A stretch of DNA of 64,000 nt from Eukaryota sp. TZLM1-RC (Eukaryota; Protista; Metamonada: BaSk clade). Positions 32,670 through 47,400 of this stretch are shown here, piece by piece. The translations under genes were made by a program, and so were the position numbers. Below the pieces are notes generated by a model. The model made no database searches. It was not told the origin of the DNA and saw nothing but the letters and a program-made list of their open reading frames with translations. Location of the stretch: NCBI GenBank assembly GCA_040285825.1, contig JAUPSS010000003.1, positions 3,534,001-3,598,000 of the forward strand, in the 5' to 3' direction. How positions within the stretch are numbered: the stretch's first letter is position 1; each line of letters begins with the position of its first letter.

Positions 32670-35600
32670 AATTCTGGCCATTAATGATTCATATAATTGG
32701 GCAGATATTCGTGGTAGTAGTTCAATTTTGTCTCAGTAAGAAGTACCTAAACAATCAATTGGTAAAATATGGGTAAATTGTTGATGAAGTTTTTTATACA
32801 AATATATTTATATGTCAGATTGCCTAAGCCATGCTTATATGGGATTTTAATAAATTTCTTGACAAATACCTGAGTATCTAAAAGATAAAAGCCATTTTTC
32901 CTGATGACAACTTCTCTCCAACTTGGTGAGAGTTGATCATTTGGAAAAGTTGGAAATGGTAAATTAAATTCATTGAATCGATTTTTCAATACTTGTAAAT
33001 CAAATTTGATTAAATTGTGATTCAATAAACCATGTGGTTGATAATTGCCAATAAGGTTTAAAAATCTTCGAAGCAAAGTTCTTCGTTAGAGAAAAATTAT
33101 GCCAACATTCATATCAATTTCAAATAAAGATGTAATTTGTGAACGCATCTTCAATAATAACGAATATTTGCTTTCCGAAAAACAATTGTGTTGGTCAAAC
33201 TTACCAATAACAATCGAAATTAAAAACACTTTTTGATCTGAAATCCATTCATTCAACTGTTCATCAGTTTTTCTTTTCAAACAATTTGAATCACCTTTTT
33301 TAATTTTGTTGATAATCTGATCAGGAGGGAGAAATTGATTTTTCTGATTTTGGTAAAAATGACCATCCTGATAAGTTTCAAAAACAATAAACATAACCAT
33401 AGGAAGATTTGATTAGTGGTCTTTGATTTCAACTTAATCAAAGTTTCAGGCTTAAAACCACCACGTCTTGACAGGATTTTTTTTACCATATGCTGTTGTA
33501 AATTTTTTTTTGCAACAACAAAGGCATCAACAGAAACAACAATAGTTTTTTTTCCTTTTTCCTTTTGAGCTTTTTTATCTTTTTTAATACCATGAAAATT
33601 AGCACCCACAATAACTGAAAATTCACTAAAATCAGAGCAAACCAATTGAAATAGTCAGCAATATGAACAGTATCATGACCAGAAGTCTTCGAAGATCCAA
33701 ATAAAGTCATTTTGTTTATAACAATTTCATGAGTTGTAACAAAAACAACATGATGTTAGCCTTGAATAATATTTGTATTAATAGTTTATTTATAGTTTAT
33801 TGTACAAATGTGCCCATGGGCTTAAGGGAAATCCTTTTACCCTTGTAATAAACCTCATTACATTTTTTATAGGTACATGTCCAGTCATAACCCCCGCAGA
33901 TCGTCAATACGTATTGGATCCACTTCGGTGATTTTCAACGACGCTTCTGAGTCTAGTAGTACTGATCCTCCTACGATTCAGCCCCAAAACTTAAATTCCT
34001 CCTCCCGAACTGATCAGTCGGGAACAGAACAACCCTTAACAACTGGGACCGAGGAAAGCAATGCTTCTCCTCCTTCTGGAAATACCGTCACACCTCCCAG
34101 TTTAGCAAGTTCTTCCTCCCAAATTCCTCAGTTGGGAACAGAACCATTTTCTGTTGGCGAGAAAAGTGATACTTCCTCTCAACTTCAGAATCAAAGTACT
34201 ACTCAATTTACGGATGTCTATGTGGTCCTTATCAGTCTTCCCATTCCCCCTCCAATGTGGACCTCTTTCTCCTTCCCCAGGATCAGAGGAAGAGGATTAA
34301 GAACCCCTTTTAGGTCCAGAAGACTTCAATACTTTGGATGAATATCTGAAGTATATTATTCATGAAACTGACCCTGACTCGGCCAGCAATAAAATATCTG
34401 AGTTGTTGAAGCTCAAGATGGAAGAGTCTCCCTCTTCACCCATAATTTGCGCCCCTGTTATTCCTTCCATTTCTTCTACGGAAGTCCGTGAGGAAGGACA
34501 ACAAAATCCCTCCACTCCTTCTACGGAAGTCCCTGTGGAAGGTCAATGAGATCCCTCCACTTTTTCTACGGAAGTTCCTGAGAAAGGTACTCAACATGCG
34601 CAACAACAACAACCAGCTCTTTCTGTAGCTCCTGCTGGAAACCAAATTTTCAACTACTCCTTTTTCAGAAGTCCCTGTAGCAGGTTTTCCAAACACTTCT
34701 GCTCCTACTATGGTAGTTGTAACAGAAGTTCGTCCAACTCCACCTGCTCCTTCTTCGACAATTCCTACAAGAGGAGTTATTCATATCCCTCCAACCACTG
34801 GCCAGACTCCTCAGCAAGGTCAGGTGGTTTTTTCTGCTCCTGCAGCTTGGCAGGTGCTTAGTGCTCCCCAGCTCAACACCTATCAAGCTCCAATTTAGCC
34901 GCAGGAATTAGATTCTTCTTTTGTCTCTGCTCAGCAAAGGACTGAAGCTCAAAACTTAGTTTTTAATGCTGGCATTGAAATAATGCAAGGAGATTTTGCC
35001 TCGATTCCTTTTAATAAGCTTATTGCTGCTTTAGTCCAGAAGTAGTCAATGACCACGGTGTTAGAATCTGCAGAAGAATAAGCTCCTATTTCCTTACTGA
35101 AGAAGTAGATAACCTCACAGTTCGTTTTGACCATCCACCCAATTATTCCCAACGCGTTATTGTTGATGGTTTCAGAACTTCTCGAGAAGGAGTACAGAGG
35201 ATCTTCGCTGGTGATGAGCTGAATCTCTTCCTCAACCGTTGCAATCCGTGTCTTTCCCTAGGTTTAGCCATCGGTACAACGCATCTCTGGATATTTATAT
35301 CAACAAAGACTTCAGGACAAGATGGTGGATCACCTACACAACGAACTTGCAGAGACTCAAACTTCAGGATCGTAAGTTAGACCATTGTGCGTCTAATTTT
35401 GGCCCCGAACACAGAAGAAATAGGCCTCTTAGGGATGCTCTCATGAACGTCCAAGAGAATATTGGTGTCACCAATTCAAGTTTTCTTCTTTGGGTCAACA
35501 TCGATGAAAACTTGCAAAGTGACTATCCTAGCAACCGCGACCCAGTAGAATTAAGGACTTCTGATCCTAACCCAGTGGACACAGACACTGTTTTTTCATC

Positions 35601-36615
35601 TTTGAGCATTGAGCCTCAAGATGACCAACAAGATGAACCAATGGTTACATCTACTACTGACACTCTTGAGACGGTGCAACAACCATTGGTAGCCCAGTTA
35701 CCAGATTTTACAACTCCTTCCCAGGTCCCTCAAGACCCCAGGCTTCTAGGAGCGACTCCATGCAACACCCCCTAGCTCCTCAAAATTCTGACAGTTTACT
35801 TATGCAGGCTATGGCGGGTACACAGGATAGAGACAGAGACAGACAAAGAGGTGAACGTCCTAGAAAACCCATTCTGGAAACTAATGGCATCTCTGACCCA
35901 GTGAGGATTTTAAAATTCATCGACAGATTCATTCTGTATGCTAGGACTGAGAAGACCATTGAAGAAAGAGACATCAATGAATCGGATCCTGCTCAAGTCA
36001 GACTAGCAAAAGAAGTGTTTGAACTAAGAAGACAGCTAGAGGAACGTTCTCGTCCTCCTGCTACTCCTCAATCAATAAGCAGAGAGAACCGAAACCTCCC
36101 ACTTAACCAGAGATATGGTAATCCTCTCCATGAATGGGATCGATTTAGAGCTGCTGCTCAGGTAGATTATCGTAGGATAGCCTTTTGTGTGACTCCAGAA
36201 TGCTTAGTTGCTTTGAGAGCCCAGGGCAGGTCTTCGACTCTATTCGATAGTATCTCAGCTATTGACAATATCAATGAGGAGCAAATATGGGAATCGATCT
36301 TACACCTCAGCCAATATAGTACATTAGGAACGGCGAGGAATCAATTGTACAGAGTCCCGATGAATTGGAATATTCAGGACTTTAGGAATCGCTGGGGCGA
36401 CTTCAATGTGAGGCTAATGAAAACAGTTTCACGACGTACTGCACTAAGTACGCTGGAGTGCAAAACAGCTACACCCAATGAAACATCACTTTAACCCTGT
36501 TTCAATAACGAGTTCGATTTGAGTCCAGAGTCAGAATCCCACTACGATATCTTCGTGGTTCGCACCTCAGATGTCGCATGCAAAAATTTAAAATTGAAAT
36601 TTTCAATAAATAATT

Positions 36616-36741
36616 TTTTTTTAAAATAGGATAAATTTATTTTCAACGCTAACAAAACATTAAACAAAAAACTAGAACTCAATATCCTCAATACACGCAT
36701 CAACATCATCAAATCTTTTAAGCGCGCGATTTTCATACTCT
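36616..36741 (-). mobile_element. Very short 5'-truncated non-LTR insertion related to family A
   Basis: T tract; CTAGAACTCAATATCCTC resembles the family-A ORF end; TSD AATAAATAATT at 36605-36615 and 36742-36752. Confidence 0.8.
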
Positions 36742-39700
36742 AATAAATAATTGCGAGATAAAAAGGATCATCGACTTTGGAGTTTCTATATCAGTCATCA
36801 CTGTTGATTCAGCAGAGAGAAGCAGCATGGAAAAAACAAACAATTGCATAAACTTCAAGTCTGCAAACAACATTATGTCAAAGTCTTCAGGGTCAGCAGA
36901 AGGCACACTGAGCTTCAGATCCGGTAGTGTAATGCAACTAGTACACGTGAAACATAGTTTGGCCATCATTCCTGGCAACAACTTGTTAATTATTGGTAGA
37001 GACCTGCTTCATCACCTAGGCTTATCGAACGATGAAGGCCTCTTCATTAAAATGAATGAGGAACATCGTACATCAATACTGCCTGAGGCTGAATTCGACC
37101 ATCGAATCTCCCAAGTCTCAGATGTCGTCAATGTCCCCAGACGTAGGTTGGAGCACATACAGTCTTCTGGTTGCACCATTAACCTCGACTGTGACAATGG
37201 CAAGAAGACTTTACTTCTAACTTTGAAAGAGTTCGAAGAGACATTCACCCTCAAGCCGCAAGCTGACGGGATTGACTGTCCTCCGATGGAGATCAACTTT
37301 TATGATGAAAGTATCCGAGTGAGACGACCCCCTCGTAGGTTAAACCCCGAAAAGCAGAAAGTTGCCGTACAGATCTTCGACGAACACATCGAGTCTGGAT
37401 TTGCTGTTCCATCGAACCATGAGTTTAGCTCTCCAGTATGTCTCGTGGTTGACCCTGATCATCGTAAGCCTCCCATTACCGGTGATTACAGTGGCAAGAA
37501 CGGAGTCAACGCCAACACAGTTCCCGTTGAACCCAATCTCCCTAGAATCTCCGATGTGCTAGTCTTCCTTTCGGAAGCCAATTTTATCGGCACCCTTGAC
37601 CTCCCCAAAGCCTTTTGTCAACTAAAAAATGCAGAAAAGGACTAAAAAAAGACTGCCCTAAGCATTCCTGGCAAAAGCATTATGTTTAAACGTGCTGCTT
37701 TCAACCTCAAGAACGTTTTTGCAGTTTTCCAAAACGTTATGGCAGACATCTTCTCCGGAGACGGTGTATTCATTTATATAGATAACATCATTATAGTAGG
37801 TAGAACTTTCAACGAGTTTCTCGAACGTCTAAGACGTGTTTTCGAAAAAGGTCGAACCCGCAGAGTTAGCCTTGGACTGCCCAAGTTCCATTTTGTGTCC
37901 TTCAGACACCCCATAAAGATCCTTGGTGGCAGATTCCAACAAAAAAACCGGGACCATAGATCCTACACGCACAAAGTTTTTACTGAATCTCCCCAGATTT
38001 AAGACTGTGAAAGACGCCCGTAGCCTTGTCGGTTCAGTCAACTTCATTAGGGAATGGCTTTCCCAGGTAACCAAGCATGTTGCCCCGATCATCAAATTAA
38101 CTCATAACAAACCACATCGCTTGCAGTGAAAAAACACTCACGACTTTCATTTAGCCGAAAATAAACGTCTGATCGCGGAGCATATACCCTTAAACTTTCC
38201 TCCGGTGGATAATCAAGTACTTATTAAGTGCGATGCATCCGATATAGCAGTTTGCGGCGAGATTTGGGAACAAATAGAACCCACTAAGGATCTTGGTACT
38301 TCCTCACTCAATAGGAAATGTAGACCAATTAGCGTTTTCAGCAGATTGTTAACTAATTTTCAGCAGAACTCGATCACAGTACAGAAAGAGCTTTATGCTA
38401 TTCTTCTTATCCTTACCGCAATGGCTTCGAGAACTACCTCAAAGGAAGGCATCTGATCATTTTCACAGATCATCAAAGCCTCACATACATGCTCACCGCT
38501 CCAGATAAAAACAGAATAGTCGGAAGGTGTCTTCCCATTTTTTTAAGTTCCTATTCGACATCGTTCATACGAGAGGGGAAGAAAACCATCGGGCAGACAT
38601 GCTATTTAGGATAGTACCGCCCCAAGACAATCCTACCATCAACCATTTGGTCCATTTCAACGACCAAGAAATTCACCCTATCTACTACACAAATAGGATA
38701 GATAAAACAGAGTCCGAGAGATGCTTCGTTGAAGATCTCTATACATTCGAGAAGGTTCTTATCCTTCAAAATAAATGCTCCAATGACCTTCCACTCTTCG
38801 AGCCGTGGCTCTGCAAGATAAGGTTCGAACAGAAGCGAGCTTTCGCTAATCAGGACACCTCGTTCAACAACTGTACTTTGGATAGCCGTCTAGATCTTTA
38901 GTTACCTCCAGAGCACAAGATCGTGATTCCTCAATCACTGGTTAAGGATACAATTAACCTCCTACATAGACTCCCGCAAAGTGTCCATCCCAGTAAGGCA
39001 GAAAGTCTTCTCAGACTCAAGAACAACGACTACTGGTGGCCTAACATGCTCTCAGACATGACCAAGCACGTCCTCGTATGTCCCTCCTGTCAAAAGACAG
39101 CAGCGGTCCCCAAACTGCATGTTCCTACATCAAGACGGCTACAAATACATTTTCGTATTCGTGGATAGTTTCACGAGGTTCACTATCATAGTCCCTCTGA
39201 AAGAACTAAACGCCAACCTTACCGCTGACGCGCTCATATGAAAGGTATGTGCTATATTTGCAATCCCGTTCCTAGTTCATAGTGATAACGGTCCAGAGTT
39301 CTCAAAAGCTGTCTTCGACGCTCTATGTGAGTTTTTGAATATAGAGGTCTCAAAGTTTGTCCCTCACTTCTCTCAATCCAACGGTCTAGTCGAACGCCGT
39401 CACCGCGATATTTTGCAGAATTTGAGAAAGCTGATCGTAGACTTTAACGCCTACGATGCATGGTCAGAGTTCATCCCTTATTTACAATTGTTGATCAACT
39501 CATCCAGAGACCCTCGAAAGCTCAGCGTCTGACTCAACCTACATCAACGACATTCAATCTAATTTCGCTAGATTGAAGAAGAAACAGGAGAAAGCAGAGC
39601 TCCGTCAATGATGCCGTAGGTTGGAAAAGAAGGGTTAGATAAAAGGAATGAGATAAAGTTGAATACTATAAAAGCCCAAGGGCGCCAACACTGCTTCTTC

Positions 39701-40413
39701 CCCTTTTCAAAATCAATCAGCTTTATAGTGAATATCTAACTAATACTAATAAACAATAAACTATACTAATTTCTAACTATTTTTTACTTCAACTACTACG
39801 TCTAGGCCGTTCAAGGGCGCTAGACTCGTTGGTAGTACCTTTTCTATTAGAAGTACATTTGCCAACTTTCTTAGATTTTTTACCTTTATTAAACATCTTG
39901 TAAGCTTCTGAATGTTTTCTATTGGCTACAATTATCCTGCAGTGATTAAGATCCACACAAACACTGGCTGGACATTTTCAAGATTGACAATTGATGTACT
40001 TTGACTCTCCCACAATAATGTTAGTATAAGTTAGTAAGCAATAACTAAACAGGGCCTCGTCCCAGGATCTGTGTGTTTGAATACTTTGTTGTGTATGTTT
40101 TAACCGCTACATAAATACGCTCTGCTTCTTCCCTTTTTCGTAAACGAGTAACGTGGTGGTGTCGTTTAGTAAAGATAACATGGAATCGAAGAATTGATTC
40201 GCTGATGATCATGCATGGTCTATGTTGGATTAACAACACCAGTAGGCAAAGTGAGAAACTTCAGGAACCTGAAAGCGGCATCTTTTGTTATTAACGTACT
40301 GCCTTTACGACTAAAAATAGTAAAAAAGCAACGACCGTATTCTTGCCATTCTAATACAATTATAGTGGAGGTTTTTTTAAAACTGGAATATTTATTGAGA
40401 TAAAAAAACCCAT

Positions 40414-41487
40414 CTAGAATTCAATATCCTCTAAACAAGCGTCACTATTACTGAACCTAGTCACAGCATTACGTTCATATTCTACACCAATAGCTAAAAG
40501 TGCCTTTGAAATCATTGTTGGAATAGACTTGAAAATGCAAAAAACAATTCTATTTAACCAGAAAGTGGAGTTCATTGTTTTACCAGACCTATTCAGTAAC
40601 ACTTTTTTAAAATTTTCAAAAAAGTGCAACCCTGAAAGTCCAATATTGCCAAAAAGAGAAATTGCAAACGGCACAAACTGATATTTCACATGTTCCACTC
40701 TACCTAACTGTGCCAAAGGTTCTTCATATTTTTTTATCTTCTTTTTTTCGGCGTTAGATAACGGCGAATCAGCGGAATACACTAAACGAGCAGCAGAATT
40801 TTTGCAAACATCAACTGAGACAACATCTACAACATTGAGAACACCATCGATCCCTGGAGCTACCAAATCTGCCCTTCTTTTACCAAAGGAATCATCAGTT
40901 TGATCTGAAGACAGCTTACGTACTAATGGCTCAATAAATGCCTCTATATTGAAACTTTTGCACATGGCATATAATTGATCACGAACTGAGTCATGAACAA
41001 TTGAGCGATAAGTTATAAAATACTTACAGTTTAAAATATGGGAAAGCGTAACAACACTCTTGCAGCGACAGATTAAATCATTTGGTAAAGAACAAGGCCA
41101 TAGAAAACATCTCATTCTCATTGCAGTGGTCCATTGGTGATCATTAAGTAGAAGGCCATAAATGTTGGGAATTTGGGAGATTAGGCAACTTGAGCAACTG
41201 TCTTCAAGATCAATCAAAAAGTTTGCAAAAACGGGATTTTTTTCTTTAGCCAAGCTAAGACGTACAATATAATCCAAGTTTTCTAAAACTTTCAAGATTT
41301 TTTTCTGCAATTTTGCAAAAGTCAGTGGTAAGGAGAGCAAGCTTCTTGAAGGAAGTTCCACAATATCAGAGGGGAAACATTTAGCCCAAATATTGGGTGA
41401 AACAGTTTCAATTTCCTGTTGCAAAGAAATTAGATAAGAGCTGCCACAATTTTCAATGAGATGAATTTTTTCAGGAAAACGATTCAC
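40414..41487 (-). CDS. C-terminal linker, CCHC finger and RLE endonuclease
   Basis: Same motifs as 1041-1748, uninterrupted for 357 codons. Confidence 0.8.
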   Translation of the reverse strand: MNRFPEKIHLIENCGSSYLISLQQEIETVSPNIWAKCFPSDIVELPSRSLLSLPLTFAKLQKKILKVLENLDYIVRLSLAKEKNPVFANFLIDLEDSCSSCLISQIPNIYGLLLNDHQWTTAMRMRCFLWPCSLPNDLICRCKSVVTLSHILNCKYFITYRSIVHDSVRDQLYAMCKSFNIEAFIEPLVRKLSSDQTDDSFGKRRADLVAPGIDGVLNVVDVVSVDVCKNSAARLVYSADSPLSNAEKKKIKKYEEPLAQLGRVEHVKYQFVPFAISLFGNIGLSGLHFFENFKKVLLNRSGKTMNSTFWLNRIVFCIFKSIPTMISKALLAIGVEYERNAVTRFSNSDACLEDIEF

Positions 41488-44400
41488 AAATTCATAAATA
41501 AAATTCTTTCCACCTCCAATAAAGGCAGCTTTACAAAGGTAGCTTGATTTATGAAAATCAACACCACCAAAATTTGTACCACAAAAAAGTAAAGGTCGAC
41601 CAGAATCATTGACAGCAACAAGCTTTCGACAAAAAACACATTTTTTTCATCTTTTTGATCTTCTTTGTTAGAAGTGTTATCGGGAATCTCACTTAAATAT
41701 TCATTTTCAGGATTGTGTGATAACGAAAAATTTAAATCAGCAGTTGCAGCACGAGCATTAAGTTTTTCCTTTTGAATAAGCGGACAAGTTGCAATGTTAT
41801 GTCCGGATTTTCGACATTTACTACATCTGCGGCGTGGTTTAGAAAAATTTTCATTTAAATTTCCATTGGTGATCATTAAGTAGAAGGCCATAAATGTTGG
41901 GAATTTGGGAGATTAGGCAACTTGAGCAACTGTCTTCAAGATCAATCAAAAAGTTTGCAAAAACGGGATTTTTTTCTTTAGCCAAGCTAAGACGTACAAT
42001 ATAATCCAAGTTTTCTAAAACTTTCAAGATTTTTTTCTGCAATTTTGCAAAAGTCAGTGGTAAGGAGAGCAAGCTTCTTGAAGGAAGTTCCACAATATCA
42101 GAGGGGAAACATTTAGCCCAAATATTGGGTGAAAGAGTTTCAATTTCATGTTGCAAAGAAATCAGATAAGAGCTGCCACAATTTTCAATGAGATGAATTT
42201 TTTCAGGAAAACGATTCACAAATTCATAAATAAAATTCTTTCCACCTCCAATAAAGGCAGCTTTACAAAGGCAGCTTGATTTATGAAAATCAACACCACC
42301 AAAATTTGTACCACAAAAAAGTAAAGGTCGACCAGAATCATTGACAGCAACAAGCTTTCGACAAAAAACACATTTTTTTCATCTTTTTGATCTTCTTTGT
42401 TAGAAGTGTTATCGGGAATCTCACTTAAATATTCATTTTCAGGATTGTGTGATAACGAAAAATTTAAATCAGCAGTTGCAGCACGAGCATTAAGTTTTTC
42501 CTTTTGAATAAGCGGACAAGTTGCAATGTTATGTCCGGATTTTTGACATTTACTACATCTGCGGCGTGGTTTAGAAAAATTTTCATTTAAATTTCCATTG
42601 GTGATCATTAAGTAGAAGGCCATAAATGTTGGGAATTTGGGAGATTAGGCAACTTGAGCAACTGTCTTCAAGATCAATAAAAAAGTTTGCAAAAACGGGA
42701 TTTTTTTCTTTAGCCAAGCTAAGACGTACAATATAATCCAAGTTTTCTAAAACTTTCAAGATTTTTTTCTGCAATTTTGCAAAAGTCAGTGGTAAGGAGA
42801 GCAAGCTTCTTGAAGGAAGTTCCACAATATCAGAGGGGAAACATTTAGCCCAAATATTGAGTGAAAGAGTTTCAATTTCCTGTTGCAAAGAAATCAGATA
42901 AGAGCTGCCACAATTTTCAATGAGATGAATTTTTTCAGGAAAACGATTCACAAATTCATAAATAAAATTCTTTCCACCTCCAATAAAGGCAGCTTTACAA
43001 AGGTAGCTTGATTTATGAAAATCAACACCACCAAAATTTGTACCACAAAAAAAGTAAAGGTCGACCAGAATCATTGACAGCAACAAGCTTTCGACAAAAA
43101 AACACATTTTTTTCATCTTTTTGATCTTCTTTGTTAGAAGTGTTATCGGGAATCTCACTTAAATATTCATTTTCAGGATTGTGTGATAACGAAAATTTAA
43201 ATCAGCAGTTGCAGCACGAGCATTAAGTTTTTCCTTTTGAATAAGCGGACAAGTTGCAATGTTATGTCCGGATTTTCGACATTTACTACATCTGCGGCGT
43301 GGTTTAGAAAAATTTTCATTTAAATTTCCATTGGTGATCATTAAGTAGAAGGCCATAAATGTTGGGAATTTGGGAGATTAGGCAACTTGAGCAACTGTCT
43401 TCAAGATCAATCAAAAAGTTTGCAAAAACGGGATTTTTTTCTTTAGCCAAGCTAAGACGTACAATATAATCCAAGTTTTCTAAAACTTTCAAGATTTTTT
43501 TCTGCAATTTTGCAAAAGTCAGTGGTAAGGAGAGCAAGCTTCTTGAAGGAAGTTCCACAATATCAGAGGGGAAACATTTAGCCCAAATATTGGGTGAAAG
43601 AGTTTCAATTTCCTGTTGCAAAGAAATCAGATAAGAGCTGCCACAATTTTCAATGAGATGAATTTTTTCAGGAAAACGATTCACAAATTCATAAATAAAA
43701 TTCTTTCCACCTCCAATAAAGGCAGCTTTACAAAGGTAGCTTGATTTATGAAAATCAACACCACCAAAATTTGTACCACAAAAAAGTAAAGGTCGACCAG
43801 AATCATTGACAGCAACAAGCTTTCGACAAAAAACACATTTTTTTCATCTTTTTGATCTTCTTTGTTAGAAGTGTTATCGGGAATCTCACTTAAATATTCA
43901 TTTTCAGGATTGTGTGATAACGAAAAATTTAAATCAGCAGTTGCAGCACGAGCATTAAGTTTTTCCTTTTGAATAAGCGGACAAGTTGCAATGTTATGTC
44001 CGGATTTTCGACATTTACTACATCTGCGGCGTGGTTTAGAAAAATTTTCATTTAAATTTCCATTGGTGATCATTAAGTAGAAGGCCATAAATGTTGGGAA
44101 TTTGGGAGATTAGGCAACTTGAGCAACTGTCTTCAAGATCAATCAAAAAGTTTGCAAAAACGGGATTTTTTTCTTTAGCCAAGCTTAGACGTACAATATA
44201 ATCCAAGTTTTCTAAAACTTTCAAGATTTTTTTCTGCAATTTTGCAAAAGTCAGTGGTAAGGAGAGCAAGCTTCTTAAAGGAAGTTCCACAATATCAGAG
44301 GGGAAACATTTAGCCCAAATATTGGGTGAAAGAGTTTCAATTTCCTGTTGCAAAGAAATCAGATAAGAGCTGCCACAATTTTCAATGAGATGAATTTTTT

Positions 44401-47400
44401 CAGGAAAACGATTCACAAATTCATAAATAAAATTCTTTCCACCTCCAATAAAGGCAGCTTTACAAAGGTAGCTTGATTTATGAAAATCAACACCACCAAA
44501 ATTTGTACCACAAAAAAGTAAAGGTCGACCAGAATCATTGACAGCAACAAGCTTTCGACAAAAAACACATTTTTTTCATCTTTTTGATCTTCTTTGTTAG
44601 AAGTGTTATCGGGAATCTCACTTAAATATTCATTTTCAGGATTGTGTGATAACGAAAAATTTAAATCAGCAGTTGCAGCACGAGCATTAAGTTTTTCCTT
44701 TTGAATAAGCGGACAAGTTGCAATGTTATGTCCGGATTTTCGACATTTACTACATCTGCGGCGTGGTTTAGAAAAATTTTCATTTAAATTTCCATTGGTG
44801 ATCATTAAGTAGAAGGCCATAAATGTTGGGAATTTGGGAGATTAGGCAACTTGAGCAACTGTCTTCAAGATCAATAAAAAAGTTTGCAAAAACGGGATTT
44901 TTTTCTTTAGCCAAGCTAAGACGTACAATATAATCCAAGTTTTCTAAAACTTTCAAGATTTTTTTCTGCAATTTTGCAAAAGTCAGTGGTAAGGAGAGCA
45001 AGCTTCTTAAAGGAAGTTCCACAATATCAGAGGGGAAACATTTAGCCCAAATATTGGGTGAAAGAGTTTCAATTTCCTGTTGCAAAGAAATCAGATAAGA
45101 GCTGCCACAATTTTCAATGAGATGAATTTTTTCAGGAAAACGATTCACAAATTCATAAATAAAATTCTTTCCACCTCCAATAAAGGCAGCTTTACAAAGG
45201 TAGCTTGATTTATGAAAATCAACACCACCAAAATTTGTACCACAAAAAAGTAAAGGTCGACCAGAATCATTGACAGCAACAAGCTTTCGACAAAAAACAC
45301 ATTTTTTTCCATCTTTTTGATCTTCTTTGTTAGAAGTGTTATCGGGAATCTCACTTAAATATTCATTTTCAGGATTGTGTGATAACGAAAAATTTAAATC
45401 AGCAGTTGCAGCACGAGCATTAAGTTTTTCCTTTTGAATAAGCGGACAAGTTGCAATGTTATGTCCGGATTTTCGACATTTACTACATCTGCGGCGTGGT
45501 TTAGAAAAATTTTCATTTAAATTTCCATTGGTGATCATTAAGTAGAAGGCCATAAATGTTGGGAATTTGGGAGATTAGGCAACTTGAGCAACTGTCTTCA
45601 AGATCAATCAAAAAGTTTGCAAAAACGGGATTTTTTTCTTTAGCCAAGCTAAGACGTACAATATAATCCAAGTTTTCTAAAACTTTCAAGATTTTTTTCT
45701 GCAATTTTGCAAAAGTCAGTGGTAAGGAGAGCAAGCTTCTTGAAGGAAGTTCCACAATATCAGAGGGGAAACATTTAGCCCAAATATTGGGTGAAAGAGT
45801 TTCAATTTCTTGTTGCAAAGAAATCAGATAAGAGCTGCCACAATTTTCAATGAGATGAATTTTTTCAGGAAAACGATTCACAAATTCATAAATAAAATTC
45901 TTTCCACCTCCAATAAAGGCAGCTTTACAAAGGTAGCTTGATTTATGAAAATCAACACCACCAAAATTTGTACCACAAAAAAGTAAAGGTCGACCAGAAT
46001 CATTGACAGCAACAAGCTTTCGACAAAAAACACATTTTTTTCCATCTTTTTGATCTTCTTTGTTAGAAGTGTTATCGGGAATCTCACTTAAATATTCATT
46101 TTCAGGATTGTGTGATAACGAAAAATTTAAATCAGCAGTTGCAGCACGAGCATTAAGTTTTTCCTTTTGAATAAGCGGACAAGTTGCAATGTTATGTCCG
46201 GATTTTCGACATTTACTACATCTGCGGCGTGGTTTAGAAAAATTTTCATTTAAATTTCCATTGGTGATCATTAAGTAGAAGGCCATAAATGTTGGGAATT
46301 TGGGAGATTAGGCAACTTGAGCAACTGTCTTCAAGATCAATCAAAAAGTTTGCAAAAACGGGATTTTTTTCTTTAGCCAAGCTAAGACGTACAATATAAT
46401 CCAAGTTTTCTAAAACTTTCAAGATTTTTTTCTGCAATTTTGCAAAAGTCAGTGGTAAGGAGAGCAAGCTTCTTGAAGGAAGTTCCACAATATCAGAGGG
46501 GAAACATTTAGCCCAAATATTGGGTGAAAGAGTTTCAATTTCTTGTTGCAAAGAAATAAGATAAGAGCTGCCACAATTTTCAATGAGATGAATTTTTTCA
46601 GGAAAACGATTCACAAATTCATAAATAAAATTCTTTCCACCTCCAATAAAGGCAGCTTTACAAAGGTAGCTTGATTTATGAAAATCAACACCACCAAAAT
46701 TTGTACCACAAAAAAAAGTAAAGGTCGACCAGAATCATTGACAGCAACAAGCTTTCGACAAAAAACACATTTTTTTCCATCTTTTTGATCTTCTTTGTTA
46801 GAAATGTTATCGGGAATCTCACTTAAATATTCATTTTCAGGATTGTGTGATAACGAAAAATTTAAATCAGCAGTTGCAGCACGAGCATTAAGTTTTTCCT
46901 TTTGAATAAGCGGACAAGTTGCAATGTTATGTCCGGATTTTCGACATTTACTACATCTGCGGCGTGGTTTAGAAAAATTTTCATTTAAATTTCCATTGGT
47001 GATCATTAAGTAGAAGGCCATAAATGTTGGGAATTTGGGAGATTAGGCAACTTGAGCAACTGTCTTCAAGATCAATCAAAAAGTTTGCAAAAACGGGATT
47101 TTTTTCTTTAGCCAAGCTAAGACGTACAATATAATCCAAGTTTTCTAAAACTTTCAAGATTTTTTTCTGCAATTTTGCAAAAGTCAGTGGTAAGGAGAGC
47201 AAGCTTCTTGAAGGAAGTTCCACAATATCAGAGGGGAAACATTTAGCCCAAATATTGGGTGAAAGAGTTTCAATTTCCTGTTGCAAAGAAATCAGATAAG
47301 AGCTGCCACAATTTTCAATGAGATGAATTTTTTCAGGAAAACGATTCACAAATTCATAAATAAAATTCTTTCCACCTCCAATAAAGGCAGCTTTACAAAG

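Larger units (their letters stand above)
30154..33710 (-). pseudogene. Fragmented gene with a PolB-type 3'-5' exonuclease-like segment, split by a non-LTR insertion
   Basis: FIVFETY (ExoI-like), MLRRFLNLI..NHNLIKFDLQVLKNR (ExoII-like), YLLD. Frame continues across the TSD (LYESL|MARIRY). Confidence 0.45.
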
